Positions 18,336-28,677 of a stretch of DNA of 64,000 nucleotides are shown piece by piece. Positions within the stretch are counted from its first letter, which is position 1; each line of letters begins with the position of its first letter. The notes under the pieces are model-generated. The model saw nothing but the letters and a program-made list of their open reading frames with translations. It did not search any database and was not told the origin of the DNA. The position numbers and the translations under genes were made by a program. Location: positions 310,001 to 374,000 of IMG/VR virus record IMGVR_UViG_3300030102_006934; one strand, 5' to 3'.

Positions 18336-18480
18336 TTAAGGTTGGTAGTGTCTCTACGGAGAGCTTGTAGAAATACACTGCAGTCCCTGATTTGATCAAT
18401 CAAAAACTACCATTTTTCCTTGTTTTTAAAAAACAAGGTGGTGGAAAACCTAAAAAATGGTTAATCCATTCAAGGCCCCA

Positions 18481-18510
18481 AAAACCCTCACAGAGATGTG
18501 GGGGTTTTTT
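18481..18510 (+). terminator. Rho-independent terminator
   Basis: AAAACCCTCACA-gaga-TGTGGGGGTTTTTT. Confidence 0.85.
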
Positions 18511-18521
18511 AGTTACAAAGG

Positions 18522-18530
18522 ATATTTATT
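18522..18530 (+). promoter_or_regulatory. ATATTTAT(A/T) motif, putative phage late promoter
   Basis: Recurs a few to ~25 nt upstream of starts at 3561, 8374, 11542, 11679, 12164, 12849, 18534, 20726, 23150, 26322, 28678, 42918, 49234, 58426, 59117, 60527 and of - strand genes 16532 and 28425. Confidence 0.65.
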
Positions 18531-18533
18531 ATT

Positions 18534-18731
18534 GTGAGTATCAAAAGAATCATAAAAGAAGAGGTGGATGAATTTGATTGGGTTAAAGATGTTAACCCAA
18601 GACTACCAATATCTAAAAAAGAAATATCTTTGATTAATGAAGTTATAAATTTCCTAATTGATAATGAACAGTATGGTGATGATTGGGGTGAACATATCGA
18701 TACACTTCAAAAAATAATAGACCAAGGTTAA
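18534..18731 (+). CDS. Small DFDW-tag protein
   Basis: IKRIIKEEVDEFDWVKD. Confidence 0.75.
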   Translation: MSIKRIIKEEVDEFDWVKDVNPRLPISKKEISLINEVINFLIDNEQYGDDWGEHIDTLQKIIDQG

Positions 18732-18733
18732 AA

Positions 18734-20182
18734 ATGAACATAAAAAGGGTTATACGAGAAGAGTTGAGTGACTTTGACTGGGTTGAAGAGATACCCAGTG
18801 TATTACCCAAAGATAGTGATTGGTGGATAATCAATGATGTTGATCCCTATAGTTTAGAGGTAAGTGAAGAAATACAAGATTTTGTATTTAAACAAGGTTT
18901 TACTTGGATGTCGGGTCGGAAAAATTTCGTACCCAACAAGGTCGTAGCAATCTCACATCGAGGTGGAACATATGATCAACAATTAGGTAGATTTGGTTTT
19001 TACCGTCCATCTGACCATTCACCAAGTGACATAGAAAGATATGAAACAGGGAAAGATGACCTAGTTTATCGATGGAGTGAAATCGTTAAACCAATTAAAG
19101 AATCGGATGATATGGATTGGATTAGAGATATAAAACCAACAGACCCAATCGGTGATTTCCTCATGAAAAAATTTCATGAGAAAATGGTTACTTATTTATC
19201 GTTGGGTGGTAGAAAAGGTGATGTTATTTCTAGGGAATGGGCTACCGTTGAAGCTTTTTTAATTGAATTAAGGGAATTAAAAGAGAATGGCTTTGTTAAT
19301 TTTTTAAGTAGGGTATTATTACAAAGTCATGTCGATAGACCTTACCCACATGTCTTAAAGGCTATAGAAGACTCAGGTTTTGACGTTAATAAGTCAGAAG
19401 AAACCAAAAGACTTTATAAAATATTTCAGTCTTATAACTCTTTGGGTAATAGAATAAAAAGGACTTTAAAAAAAACTTTCATAAGAGAGAATGACCTAGA
19501 TTGGATTGCTGGTGTTAGTAAAGACTATTGGGATTATTATGATGCTGTGGTTTTCAAAAAAACATTGTTTGATGCTGAATTTAAGAAGTTTATTAACCAA
19601 GCCCTAAAATCCGTACAACCAACCAACGCTTCAGATTGGGAAGAAGATGATGAGATGAGTGATTTAGAGTACTTAAATTATAGGATTAGAAGACATGGCC
19701 AAGCTTTTATCGGAAAATACAGAGATGAAAAAGGTCGGAATGTTTTAGTTTTTGGTCAGGACCCAGATTATGAACTATACCCCCAAGTAAAGGATGCTAA
19801 AACTATAAATTACGAAGATATAAAAAAGGGGTTGTTCGAATCCAACGACTTTAGTTGGATCCAAGATATAGAACCACCGGTATTTAAACAACTAGATATT
19901 GCCACAAAAGATGATAATGATATAAACGTAAAGTGGGGTGATAATGGGGATTTTAGTGAGGTGATAGATTCTAGTGGTCATAGGTATTTTAATCAAAGGG
20001 AATTAGGTTTATTTTTAGGTCTTTCTTATAGAAATTGGTCTGAAACTATTAATAATCTAGGGAAGTCAAATCTACTATTATATATAAAACACTTGATTGA
20101 TTCTATAGAGTGGAGTTTACCAAGAGAACAGGAAGATTATGATGATTTTATTAAATTATATAAAATAGTGGAAAAGTTATGA
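18734..20182 (+). CDS. Four-module DFDW-tag protein
   Basis: IREELSDFDW, IKESDDMDW, IRENDLDW, LFESNDFSW. Confidence 0.8.
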   Translation: MNIKRVIREELSDFDWVEEIPSVLPKDSDWWIINDVDPYSLEVSEEIQDFVFKQGFTWMSGRKNFVPNKVVAISHRGGTYDQQLGRFGFYRPSDHSPSDIERYETGKDDLVYRWSEIVKPIKESDDMDWIRDIKPTDPIGDFLMKKFHEKMVTYLSLGGRKGDVISREWATVEAFLIELRELKENGFVNFLSRVLLQSHVDRPYPHVLKAIEDSGFDVNKSEETKRLYKIFQSYNSLGNRIKRTLKKTFIRENDLDWIAGVSKDYWDYYDAVVFKKTLFDAEFKKFINQALKSVQPTNASDWEEDDEMSDLEYLNYRIRRHGQAFIGKYRDEKGRNVLVFGQDPDYELYPQVKDAKTINYEDIKKGLFESNDFSWIQDIEPPVFKQLDIATKDDNDINVKWGDNGDFSEVIDSSGHRYFNQRELGLFLGLSYRNWSETINNLGKSNLLLYIKHLIDSIEWSLPREQEDYDDFIKLYKIVEKL

Positions 20183-20709
20183 ACCTAAAAAAAATTATAA
20201 AAGAGGAATTAATTAAAGAATCTGGTGTAGAAAATTATCTACAATCAATATCTAGTATAACTTCAGGTAATCAAAAAAAGTATTACCAATGGATTTTAGA
20301 TAATCTAGAAAAAATTCCTGTTGTTAGTTATCGTTCTAACGAAGAACTAAAAGATAAAATAGATTCTTTTGTGGGAAAAATGAGACGCCGTGGTAGTTTT
20401 TGTGAAAAGAAAGGTTGTTTTGATACTGCCTATAATACAGCAATGCATGTTCCTGGAGTTCATTATATAGAAGGTTATGTTCAATCCATGATACCTATTG
20501 TTCACGCATGGAATTATCTTCCAGAAGAAGGTATATATTTTGATTTAATTAACGATATAGCTTGGGAAGAAGAAGATTCACACTTTAACGAATACTATAA
20601 GGTTATAGATTTAGATAAGTCAGGTGTGTTAAAATGGTCCATTGAAACTGGTTACGGTGGTGGATTCCTAGAAAGCCCAAAGTTTGTTAAACATATTTTA
20701 AAACAATAA
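20179..20709 (+). CDS. Transglutaminase/papain-like fold protein with KKIIKEE signal
   Basis: GCFDTA, YIEGYV, HAWN, YFD (Cys-His-Asp). Confidence 0.55.
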   Translation: MNLKKIIKEELIKESGVENYLQSISSITSGNQKKYYQWILDNLEKIPVVSYRSNEELKDKIDSFVGKMRRRGSFCEKKGCFDTAYNTAMHVPGVHYIEGYVQSMIPIVHAWNYLPEEGIYFDLINDIAWEEEDSHFNEYYKVIDLDKSGVLKWSIETGYGGGFLESPKFVKHILKQ

Positions 20710-20725
20710 TTAAATATTTATTATT

Positions 20726-21751
20726 ATGAACATCAAAAGAATTATAAAAGAGGAGATGGATGACTTTGATTGGGTTAGAAATATAGAGGTTGATACTGAT
20801 TTAACCCCTGCTCAACTTTACAATAGAATTAATGATTTACCAAATGGTATAGTTGGCCCTTATGTCGGTGAAAACTTCGCTGATATTAAGTATGAGAATG
20901 GTAGGTACTATTTAATGGTTGATGATTTTTGTGATTTTAAAGAATGGTTTAGTGATAGAGAAAACGGTTCTCAAGGTTATTATATGAATCAATGGGCTTT
21001 TACACAAGCTTTTTGTGGAGAAGATGATTTTTTTGAACCTTATGGTGATTTGGTTTATGATTGGATTGACCAAGTATGGGAACTTGTTGCGGGGGATGAA
21101 AAATTATATAATTATGTAGTTGATTACATTACTGAAAACTTAGTTGGGGATGAGATGAGATTAGATAATGAGGAAAAAATATTAACTTTAGAAGATGTTC
21201 TTACTTGGTCAGCTGATTCAGATGTTTTAGGAATGGTTATAAATGAACTAGATGTTTTTGAGGATTTAAAATGGGAATTAGAGAGATCTTACGAAAATGC
21301 TTATAATACATTTGTTGTTGATAATATGTATAAAGCAGGTAGGGATGCTATCACAGATGTTGTGGGTGATGGTGAAAGAAAAGATGTAGAACTTTATAAT
21401 TCATACAGTAAATCCAATTACAACGCTAATAAATTAGTTTTTGACGTGACGAGTATGTTGTCAGATTATCTTTATGAGGCTATTGAGTATTGTATAGATA
21501 ATAGATGTAAACCTTATTGGAAACCAGAGAATTATGATTTTGAATCGGAGGGTGAGACGGAAGAAGAAGCTTTTGAAGATTTTTGTCATGAGTGTATGAA
21601 TTACCCCTTTGATGACCATGGGTCTTTCCTTTCTTTTATGAAAGAAATATTAGAAGAAAATGGGGACTTATTAAATCCTAGAGTCGATGATTACCCTAGT
21701 AACGATGAGATAGAAGATTATTTTATAGAAGACGTACATGGAAGATTCTAA
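20726..21751 (+). CDS. Acidic DFDW-tag protein
   Basis: IKRIIKEEMDDFDW; DLTPAQ...LLNPR domain shared with next gene. Confidence 0.8.
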   Translation: MNIKRIIKEEMDDFDWVRNIEVDTDLTPAQLYNRINDLPNGIVGPYVGENFADIKYENGRYYLMVDDFCDFKEWFSDRENGSQGYYMNQWAFTQAFCGEDDFFEPYGDLVYDWIDQVWELVAGDEKLYNYVVDYITENLVGDEMRLDNEEKILTLEDVLTWSADSDVLGMVINELDVFEDLKWELERSYENAYNTFVVDNMYKAGRDAITDVVGDGERKDVELYNSYSKSNYNANKLVFDVTSMLSDYLYEAIEYCIDNRCKPYWKPENYDFESEGETEEEAFEDFCHECMNYPFDDHGSFLSFMKEILEENGDLLNPRVDDYPSNDEIEDYFIEDVHGRF

Positions 21752-23102
21752 AAAAACAAATTTAAAATTAATTATACGAGAAGAGTTGGATGACTTTGAT
21801 TGGGTCAGAGACGTGAATACCAATCAAGATATCGCATTAGACATTGTTAATAAAACTAAATTTTTTGTGTTAGACGGTAGTTTAAGGGTAGACCTACCTT
21901 TTATGAGTTATTATGAAGGTTATCCAGTGAAACAGTTATTTAACTCCTCGTCATTACTTAAAAGTAATAGCCCTACTATTATGTTCCTTAATTACGTTAG
22001 CCAAAATCATGGGTTTGAAAGAACCGACTTCATGGCCAAATATAACATAAACGCAAATGTACGTGATATATGGTTTAGGTATAAAAATTTAATGACACAA
22101 AAAGTTTTAGACAACCTTAAAGATAAACCAATTAACGAATCAGATGACTTTGGTTGGGTTAGGGATATAAAGATTGATTATGATTTAACTCCTGCTCAGT
22201 TTTACCATAGGTATGAAGGTAATTTACCACTAAAATTTGTAGGACCACTAATAGATAATGGATTTATTGATATAGACTATGATGGAGATGAACTTTATTT
22301 AAAATTGGAAGACGGTTGGTGTGATTTAAAATCACTTTTTACGGAACATGATACCAGTTCTTCTCAAGGAGCATACATTAACAAAAGTTTAGTTAATAAT
22401 TTATATTGTGATGAGGATTACTTTGAACCATTCGATGGGATAGTTTATGATTGGGAAGATCAAGTTTGGGGCCTTATAACTCAAGATGATGAACTATATA
22501 AATACATAATAGACCATATAAACGAAAATATTGTGGGTTACCAAATGGATTTTGAGGGTGAACAAAGAACTCTAACTAAGGAAGATATTCTTGAATGGTC
22601 TGCCGACTCCGATGGGTTGGGTGAAGTCATCAATGACTTGAATGTTTTTGAGGATTTAAAATGGGAATTAGAACTTTCTTATGAAAATGCTTATAACAAT
22701 GTAATTAGAGATAATATTTACGAATCCGTTAGAAAAAGTGTTGAGGATTATCTTGGTCCGGCTGATTGGTATGGTAATGTTTTAACTTTTAAAGTAACTG
22801 AACCTCTTTTAGAACTTATAGGTAATGAAATTGGTGATTGTTGGGAAAACTGTAAACGACTTTGGGATCCAAAAGAATATGAAGATACTTATATGATGTT
22901 CAATAAAACCGAAGAAGAAGCTTTTGAGGAATACTGTGGTTCTTGTTTTGACCACCCATTTGATTCATATGGTTACTTTTTGGATTTCTTTAGTGAGTAC
23001 TTATCTGAAGAAGGGGAATTACTAAACCCAAGGCTTGATGAATTCGCGTCAGATGCTGAAATGTTACCATATTTTAAAGACGAGGTCTATTCTAGATTTT
23101 AA
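21738..23102 (+). CDS. Two-module DFDW-tag protein, paralog of 20726
   Basis: IREELDDFDW, INESDDFGW then DLTPAQ...VFEDLKWELE...LLNPR. Confidence 0.8.
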   Translation: MEDSKKTNLKLIIREELDDFDWVRDVNTNQDIALDIVNKTKFFVLDGSLRVDLPFMSYYEGYPVKQLFNSSSLLKSNSPTIMFLNYVSQNHGFERTDFMAKYNINANVRDIWFRYKNLMTQKVLDNLKDKPINESDDFGWVRDIKIDYDLTPAQFYHRYEGNLPLKFVGPLIDNGFIDIDYDGDELYLKLEDGWCDLKSLFTEHDTSSSQGAYINKSLVNNLYCDEDYFEPFDGIVYDWEDQVWGLITQDDELYKYIIDHINENIVGYQMDFEGEQRTLTKEDILEWSADSDGLGEVINDLNVFEDLKWELELSYENAYNNVIRDNIYESVRKSVEDYLGPADWYGNVLTFKVTEPLLELIGNEIGDCWENCKRLWDPKEYEDTYMMFNKTEEEAFEEYCGSCFDHPFDSYGYFLDFFSEYLSEEGELLNPRLDEFASDAEMLPYFKDEVYSRF

Positions 23103-23149
23103 TTTTAGGTTTACAAACAATTCAGATATTTATAATTAAAACTAATCAT

Positions 23150-23896
23150 ATGTTATTAGGGTTTAATATCCAATTATTGGTAGCAATATTTTTTATCCCT
23201 TTAATCTACGCTGTAATAATTTATTTTACATCACCATATAAATCAGTTAGTTTTAGAAGGGGGTTATTATACCTATGGGCTGGTTTACTTTCACCTACTG
23301 TAGTTCAAATGTTCTATTTTTTTATACCACACTTAAGGGAAAATCATTCGGATTTCTACCAAATGTTCGCCATCGTAGGGCCAGTTGAGGAGATATCTAA
23401 ATTTATTTTATTTTATACCGTATTAATCGTAACCAAAGAAAAGAAAATTAGTGACCACCCCTTCAAGTATATGTTCTATTTCGCTATGACTGGATTAGGT
23501 TTTGCTATTTTTGAGAATATTCACTATATCATGATGTATGGTGAATCCGTATTACCTATAAGGACTTTTACCAGTACAGTAGCTCACATGATATTTGGTT
23601 TGTTGTTTGGGTATTGGATTGGTTTAGGTACCATTGTTAGGAAAAATTTTGAAGACCGTTCTGTTTTTGGGGTTTTGGTTAGAAAAAACCACGATTTAAG
23701 AAGATTTATTTATTTTATAGTAGGTTTTGTTTTTGCCTTTTTTTACCACGGAATGTTTAATTATAATTTAGCCACGTCAGAAAGTTCAACTATGGTAATA
23801 TTGATAATGTTAATATCTTTTGGTTTGGTAACTTCTAAGTTATTGGCTGATGATTTAAATAGAAAATGGTCTTCTAGGTCTAAAAATAATTACTGA
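23150..23896 (+). CDS. PrsW-family intramembrane protease
   Basis: GPVEEISK, GLGFAIFEN, AHMIF, HGMFN; multiple TMs. Confidence 0.85.
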   Translation: MLLGFNIQLLVAIFFIPLIYAVIIYFTSPYKSVSFRRGLLYLWAGLLSPTVVQMFYFFIPHLRENHSDFYQMFAIVGPVEEISKFILFYTVLIVTKEKKISDHPFKYMFYFAMTGLGFAIFENIHYIMMYGESVLPIRTFTSTVAHMIFGLLFGYWIGLGTIVRKNFEDRSVFGVLVRKNHDLRRFIYFIVGFVFAFFYHGMFNYNLATSESSTMVILIMLISFGLVTSKLLADDLNRKWSSRSKNNY

Positions 23897-25340
23897 AATC
23901 TATAACCCTCCTATTACCAACAAGCTGATGTTTTATTTTGTAGGTATTAAATGAAAACCAGTGATTCTTAATTCCGAATTCAAAAGAACTTAGTTTTTTT
24001 CGTAATGAAATAGATAATAAATCTTCTTCTACGGATCTCTTATTAATTATTCTTTCATAAACTTTATTGAAATATCTTTCTCTAAATAACCCATCCCTTA
24101 CAAACCTTTTCTTAAAATAGTCTATTAACTTAATTTGATTTTCAACGTTATCAACAAAAAATATGTCAGGTTGTATTCTATTAATATGTAGGTATTGGAT
24201 GAAACCGTTAATTCTATTTAAATCTTGTAAATTAAATTCACAATTAAAATAATTCTTAGATAACCTAAGACAACGTAATAAACTTAATCTTAAATAAAGA
24301 TGTTTTGACTTCATCTTATTTTGAAAAATAAATTCGTGTAATTTATTTTTAATTTCATCACTGTATTTATCCCTAAAAAATAAATCCCATATAACTAATA
24401 AACTTTCCTTGTGCCAACTTAACAAATTGGTGATGACTCCCCCATACAAGCTCTCTATTGAGGAGATAATTTTTACCGAATTAAAATCTGGTTTAACCTT
24501 ATAGTAAGTCAAACCATCTTCTTCCATAAAAACCACATCATCACCCTCTCTAGGCGTAACCCACACAAAGTTTTCTGAAAATAATTTAGAGTCTTGATTA
24601 ATTCTAGAAAGCCAAACATTACCAACAGCTAACATACCACCATTCTCAAATCTTAATACCTCTCTAAGGAGAGACATCTCAGAATCAAAATTTTTTGTAA
24701 TAGTCTTTAATTCTGTAGATTTCTTTTTCATTCTGTAAGCTGTTTGAACGGGGTGTTTTAAAGAAGTAACCTCAATCATATCACGAAGTATAAAATCAAC
24801 AAACTCATCTGTATAAACTATTTTTTTTGATACTCTGTTTATACCTGCCATACAACAATTTAAATCAAAAGTGTTGATTAACCCTAAATAATATTTATCT
24901 AAATCTTTAGAATACTCCCCATTGTGATGAAAAACATCTAAAAATATTTTGTTTATAATACCATCTACCTCACTAGATTTCATGGTTATTTGTTCGCCAA
25001 AAGAAGTTATAAAATACTTAGCGTAATCAGAACCAACTGTATTATCTAAATTTATTTGTTGTATTTCCTTTTGTAGACTTAATTGTGAATAGTCGGGAAA
25101 GTAATCTTCCGAGTAATTAAAAGAAAACACATCCACATCGTTTATCGTTGGGTTATTAAGTTTATCCTTATTAAGGATATAATATATTGTGTTGGCTACA
25201 GCACCACCACAAATAAAATGTTCAATAGGAACCTCATCAAATTGAGTGCCACGGATGTGACACTCATGTTTGATTATGTTGAGGACTTCGTTAAAAGTCT
25301 CGTTAGATTCCAGTATTTTAATTACTTCCTCTTTTTTCAT
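23880..25340 (-). CDS. Nucleotidyltransferase-fold protein
   Basis: FICGGAVA, NDVDVF, FDLNCC; ATG 25340. Confidence 0.6.
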   Translation of the reverse strand: MKKEEVIKILESNETFNEVLNIIKHECHIRGTQFDEVPIEHFICGGAVANTIYYILNKDKLNNPTINDVDVFSFNYSEDYFPDYSQLSLQKEIQQINLDNTVGSDYAKYFITSFGEQITMKSSEVDGIINKIFLDVFHHNGEYSKDLDKYYLGLINTFDLNCCMAGINRVSKKIVYTDEFVDFILRDMIEVTSLKHPVQTAYRMKKKSTELKTITKNFDSEMSLLREVLRFENGGMLAVGNVWLSRINQDSKLFSENFVWVTPREGDDVVFMEEDGLTYYKVKPDFNSVKIISSIESLYGGVITNLLSWHKESLLVIWDLFFRDKYSDEIKNKLHEFIFQNKMKSKHLYLRLSLLRCLRLSKNYFNCEFNLQDLNRINGFIQYLHINRIQPDIFFVDNVENQIKLIDYFKKRFVRDGLFRERYFNKVYERIINKRSVEEDLLSISLRKKLSSFEFGIKNHWFSFNTYKIKHQLVGNRRVIDFSNYF

Positions 25341-25341
25341 T

Positions 25342-25629
25342 TTAAACCAAATTATACCTTTTAACCAACCTTTTATCAACTAGGTGAGTTAAACTTTCTT
25401 TTTTAGCTAAGTCCCAAGCGTGTTTAATCGCTTTTAAACTATCATTGAAACCGCCCTCTATAAGTTTGGTTCCTTGGTATATACCAGCACTTGTAGACCC
25501 AGGTGCTGTAGAGACATCACCCAATCTGTTTTTACCTATTTTAGGTTGTGTAATACTGTGTCTAATTTCATAGTAACCAATTTTACAAACTAATTTTCCG
25601 TACTTTGTTGCTCTAGATTTTGTTGCCAT
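25342..25629 (-). CDS. Hypothetical protein
   Basis: ORF track. Confidence 0.7.
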   Translation of the reverse strand: MATKSRATKYGKLVCKIGYYEIRHSITQPKIGKNRLGDVSTAPGSTSAGIYQGTKLIEGGFNDSLKAIKHAWDLAKKESLTHLVDKRLVKRYNLV

Positions 25630-25752
25630 TTTTTATTTATTTTTGTTTATATATTACAAGTATAGTAATTATTTTTCAATAAAAAAAGGGGTTAACCACT
25701 TTTTTATTGTGAAATCTAAATTTTCTATAATTTAAAAATTCTATAATACATT

Positions 25753-26214
25753 TTATCTTATTCTACCTCCACAAATTGGTCCTATACCAGACTTAATTGA
25801 TTGTGGGGTTGTTAGTTTTTTGTGACAAGCCCCACATCTTCCATGGTGGTATACTTTAACCATTGGGTATTTTTCTTGGCTATTAAAGAATTTATCTAAG
25901 AACCACTGAAAAACTACTACTTTTTGATCTTTTTGATAAATTTTAGAATTTCTACTGTGTTTGTATTTTTTATCTGAAAAACACGTCCCAATAAAATCGT
26001 AATTCCCATATTGACCTAAAGTGGAAACAAACCACACATCCTCTTCTTTGTGTTTTTTAACTTTGAAGGTCACGTAATTGTTTGTTAGGGTATTAGCCAC
26101 TGTGAACAAAGAGTTTCCAGCGAATACAAATTCTCTGAGTTGATTACCTCTTAATTCGTTAGCTGGTATAAAATCGTGTTTCTTTTGTTTTGTGGGTATT
26201 TTTACGAAGTCCAT
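25753..26214 (-). CDS. DUF6011-like zinc-binding protein
   Basis: CGACHKKLTTPQSIKSGIGPIC. Confidence 0.75.
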   Translation of the reverse strand: MDFVKIPTKQKKHDFIPANELRGNQLREFVFAGNSLFTVANTLTNNYVTFKVKKHKEEDVWFVSTLGQYGNYDFIGTCFSDKKYKHSRNSKIYQKDQKVVVFQWFLDKFFNSQEKYPMVKVYHHGRCGACHKKLTTPQSIKSGIGPICGGRIR

Positions 26215-26321
26215 GTTTTATTTATTTTATATTTATACAAATATAACACACTTATTTTAATTGGCAAAACTTTAAGTAAAATAAGTCTTTATTTAAAAGT
26301 TGTTTATATTTATATTTGAGT

Positions 26322-26510
26322 ATGTTAAAAACCGAAGTCAAAAAGGGGAATATTGAAAAAGCTTTGAAATCTTACAAAAGTAAGGTTATAAAGACTAGAC
26401 AAATGAAATTACTAAATAGTAAAAAAGAATTTGAAAAGCCTTCTGTTAGAAAAAGAAGGGAAAAACAAAAAGGTGCTTATAAGCAAAAAATAAGAAGGGA
26501 GAACGATTAG
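26322..26510 (+). CDS. rpsU: Ribosomal protein bS21
   Basis: NIEKALKSYKSKV...EFEKPSVRKRR. Confidence 0.85.
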   Translation: MLKTEVKKGNIEKALKSYKSKVIKTRQMKLLNSKKEFEKPSVRKRREKQKGAYKQKIRREND

Positions 26511-26532
26511 TCCTCCCATTACTATTTTAAAC

Positions 26533-27441
26533 CTACTGTATCCTACTCATCCAAACTAATTTATCATTGTTTGTATTAAATATATCACTAAATAATGCTG
26601 AGTTTATTTGACCACTCCCAATAAAGTTACTAGGGACAAAACCACTAAAGTCACCACCAATTGTATAGAAACCGTATAACGTCATTTCAGACATGTTGTT
26701 ACCAATTACATTAGACAATGTGTAGTTTGTTGTTGTACCCCCATTTATTGTGTATTGATTGTTTGATACAAAATGTAAAGTGTCATTAGGGTAATTGTTT
26801 GAAAACCCATCATAGTATTTAGTTACTACCCATTTTGTACCAACGATTTCGTTTTCCTCAGTAGATTGTGTAATTAACCCACCATAAGTATAACCGTACA
26901 AAGCATTTGGTTGACAACTAGTACAGGTCTCCCCTTGTTTAACAAATGTTAAGGTTGAAAAGTAATTATAGTTAGAACCACTAGAAGAAGCGTAACCTTC
27001 TCCTACACGAACTGTTAGTTTTTCTTCTGTGAGTTCTAAAACAATTAAAGACCTAGAACTACCATCCTCCAAACCATTAATTGATACTATTTCAGTAGTA
27101 CCATTCATTTCGTAAGCGTTTTCACCGTTGAGGGTAAAATTAGAATTACCGAAGTTCCATGTTGTAATATCTTGAACTAAACTATCGAAAAGAACGTCAC
27201 TACCATTTATTGGTTGTAGGTTACTAATGTTTTGATTATCACCAAAATGGTCATAGTAAGACTTATCACCATTATCCATGTTCTCCAAATATATCCTACC
27301 ATCTGATAGGATCCAGTTATAACCGATTAGTTCTGCGTTGTTCTCAACTATAACCACATTGTTTTCTGGAATTTCTATAACTTCTTTTTCACAAGATGTT
27401 GATAAAAATATTAGAGTAATAAGGAAGAATAATTTTTTCAT
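26533..27441 (-). CDS. Lipoprotein (lipocalin-like domains)
   Basis: Lipobox LSTSC; LIGYNW and IVGTKW repeats. Confidence 0.7.
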   Translation of the reverse strand: MKKLFFLITLIFLSTSCEKEVIEIPENNVVIVENNAELIGYNWILSDGRIYLENMDNGDKSYYDHFGDNQNISNLQPINGSDVLFDSLVQDITTWNFGNSNFTLNGENAYEMNGTTEIVSINGLEDGSSRSLIVLELTEEKLTVRVGEGYASSSGSNYNYFSTLTFVKQGETCTSCQPNALYGYTYGGLITQSTEENEIVGTKWVVTKYYDGFSNNYPNDTLHFVSNNQYTINGGTTTNYTLSNVIGNNMSEMTLYGFYTIGGDFSGFVPSNFIGSGQINSALFSDIFNTNNDKLVWMSRIQ

Positions 27442-27553
27442 TTTTAATTGTTTTAATAATTTATACTACAAATATAAGTATTTTATTATTATAGGCAAAA
27501 TTTATTATTGACAATATTAAAAAAATGTCTATTTTTTGTGTTAAAATAAAATT

Positions 27554-27769
27554 ATGAATTATAGAAAAGGAGATAAAGTAAGTATAATCACTTATAACCC
27601 ACCATTAGAGGCGACTGTTGCTGATTACTATGAATTACCTTTTGAACAGGTACCTATGGATAATGAAACTTTAATAAGAAAATATTACGGTAAAAAAGTA
27701 CCTATAGTCGAGGTTTTCAATAACGGTAAACTCTTATCTTTTGTTGCTGATATTGTAAAAAAAAATTAA
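27554..27769 (+). CDS. Hypothetical protein
   Basis: ORF track. Confidence 0.65.
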   Translation: MNYRKGDKVSIITYNPPLEATVADYYELPFEQVPMDNETLIRKYYGKKVPIVEVFNNGKLLSFVADIVKKN

Positions 27770-28425
27770 CTTAACTTATTTTTTACTTTATCTAGTACAG
27801 ACTTAACACCAAAAGTGGCTGAAGCCAAAGTTATACCCAATAACATCTGTTTAATGTTGTTCACACTCAAGCCATATTCATTAATTATTTGTGTTAGTAT
27901 GTTAGTTGTTGGTACTAACAAGAAAGTAAAACCTAATATATCAGATAAACTATAGGTTACTTCTATGGTTTTTTTAGTAACGTTATTGATAATCTTTTTA
28001 GTGTTTTTGATGAGTTCTTTAACACCTTTTAAATTAGATTCAATACCCTTTTCTTTTATCTTATTCCTCAAAATAGTCTTATCAGAATCGTTAATTAGTA
28101 TTGATATTGCTGTTATTATCAGTAAAACAATATCTTCCTTTGTCATAGATAAACCAGAACCAGATATTAATTCACTTACAGGATTTACAAAAGCTCCAAT
28201 ACCAGTCCCAAAGGTAAATAAGAATTTTTTGGATATATTTAAATCGTTAATAATATCACTTATTATATTATTAGTATTTTCTTTTTCATCACTTTCTTTT
28301 ATTAATAAACTTAAATCTTTATTATCACCATATTCTGAAATATCGTTATAAAGAGCGTTAACTAACCCCTCTACATAAATTTTTTCTAAAGTTAAATTTA
28401 AGTTTATTTTTGATGTTTTTACCAT
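27766..28425 (-). CDS. Membrane-associated hypothetical protein
   Basis: Hydrophobic segments; ATATTTATT upstream on - strand. Confidence 0.7.
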   Translation of the reverse strand: MVKTSKINLNLTLEKIYVEGLVNALYNDISEYGDNKDLSLLIKESDEKENTNNIISDIINDLNISKKFLFTFGTGIGAFVNPVSELISGSGLSMTKEDIVLLIITAISILINDSDKTILRNKIKEKGIESNLKGVKELIKNTKKIINNVTKKTIEVTYSLSDILGFTFLLVPTTNILTQIINEYGLSVNNIKQMLLGITLASATFGVKSVLDKVKNKLS

Positions 28426-28453
28426 ATATTAATAAATATAAAAAAAATACAAA

Positions 28454-28660
28454 ATGTTAATACTAAAAATATTGTTTTTTTACATACTAACTATCCCAGT
28501 ATGTAATCTATTATTAAATAGAATAATAAACATAGAATACCTAATCACCGAAAAGAAGGTAAGAAGGTTAAAACGTGTATTTTATATACCATTTCTTAAT
28601 ATAAGTACCTATTTCATTTATTTATTGATAGTAATTATAAAATTTAAAAGACCTTTGTAA
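28454..28660 (+). CDS. Small membrane protein
   Basis: Two TMs. Confidence 0.55.
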   Translation: MLILKILFFYILTIPVCNLLLNRIINIEYLITEKKVRRLKRVFYIPFLNISTYFIYLLIVIIKFKRPL

Positions 28661-28677
28661 TATTTATATAGAAAGAT

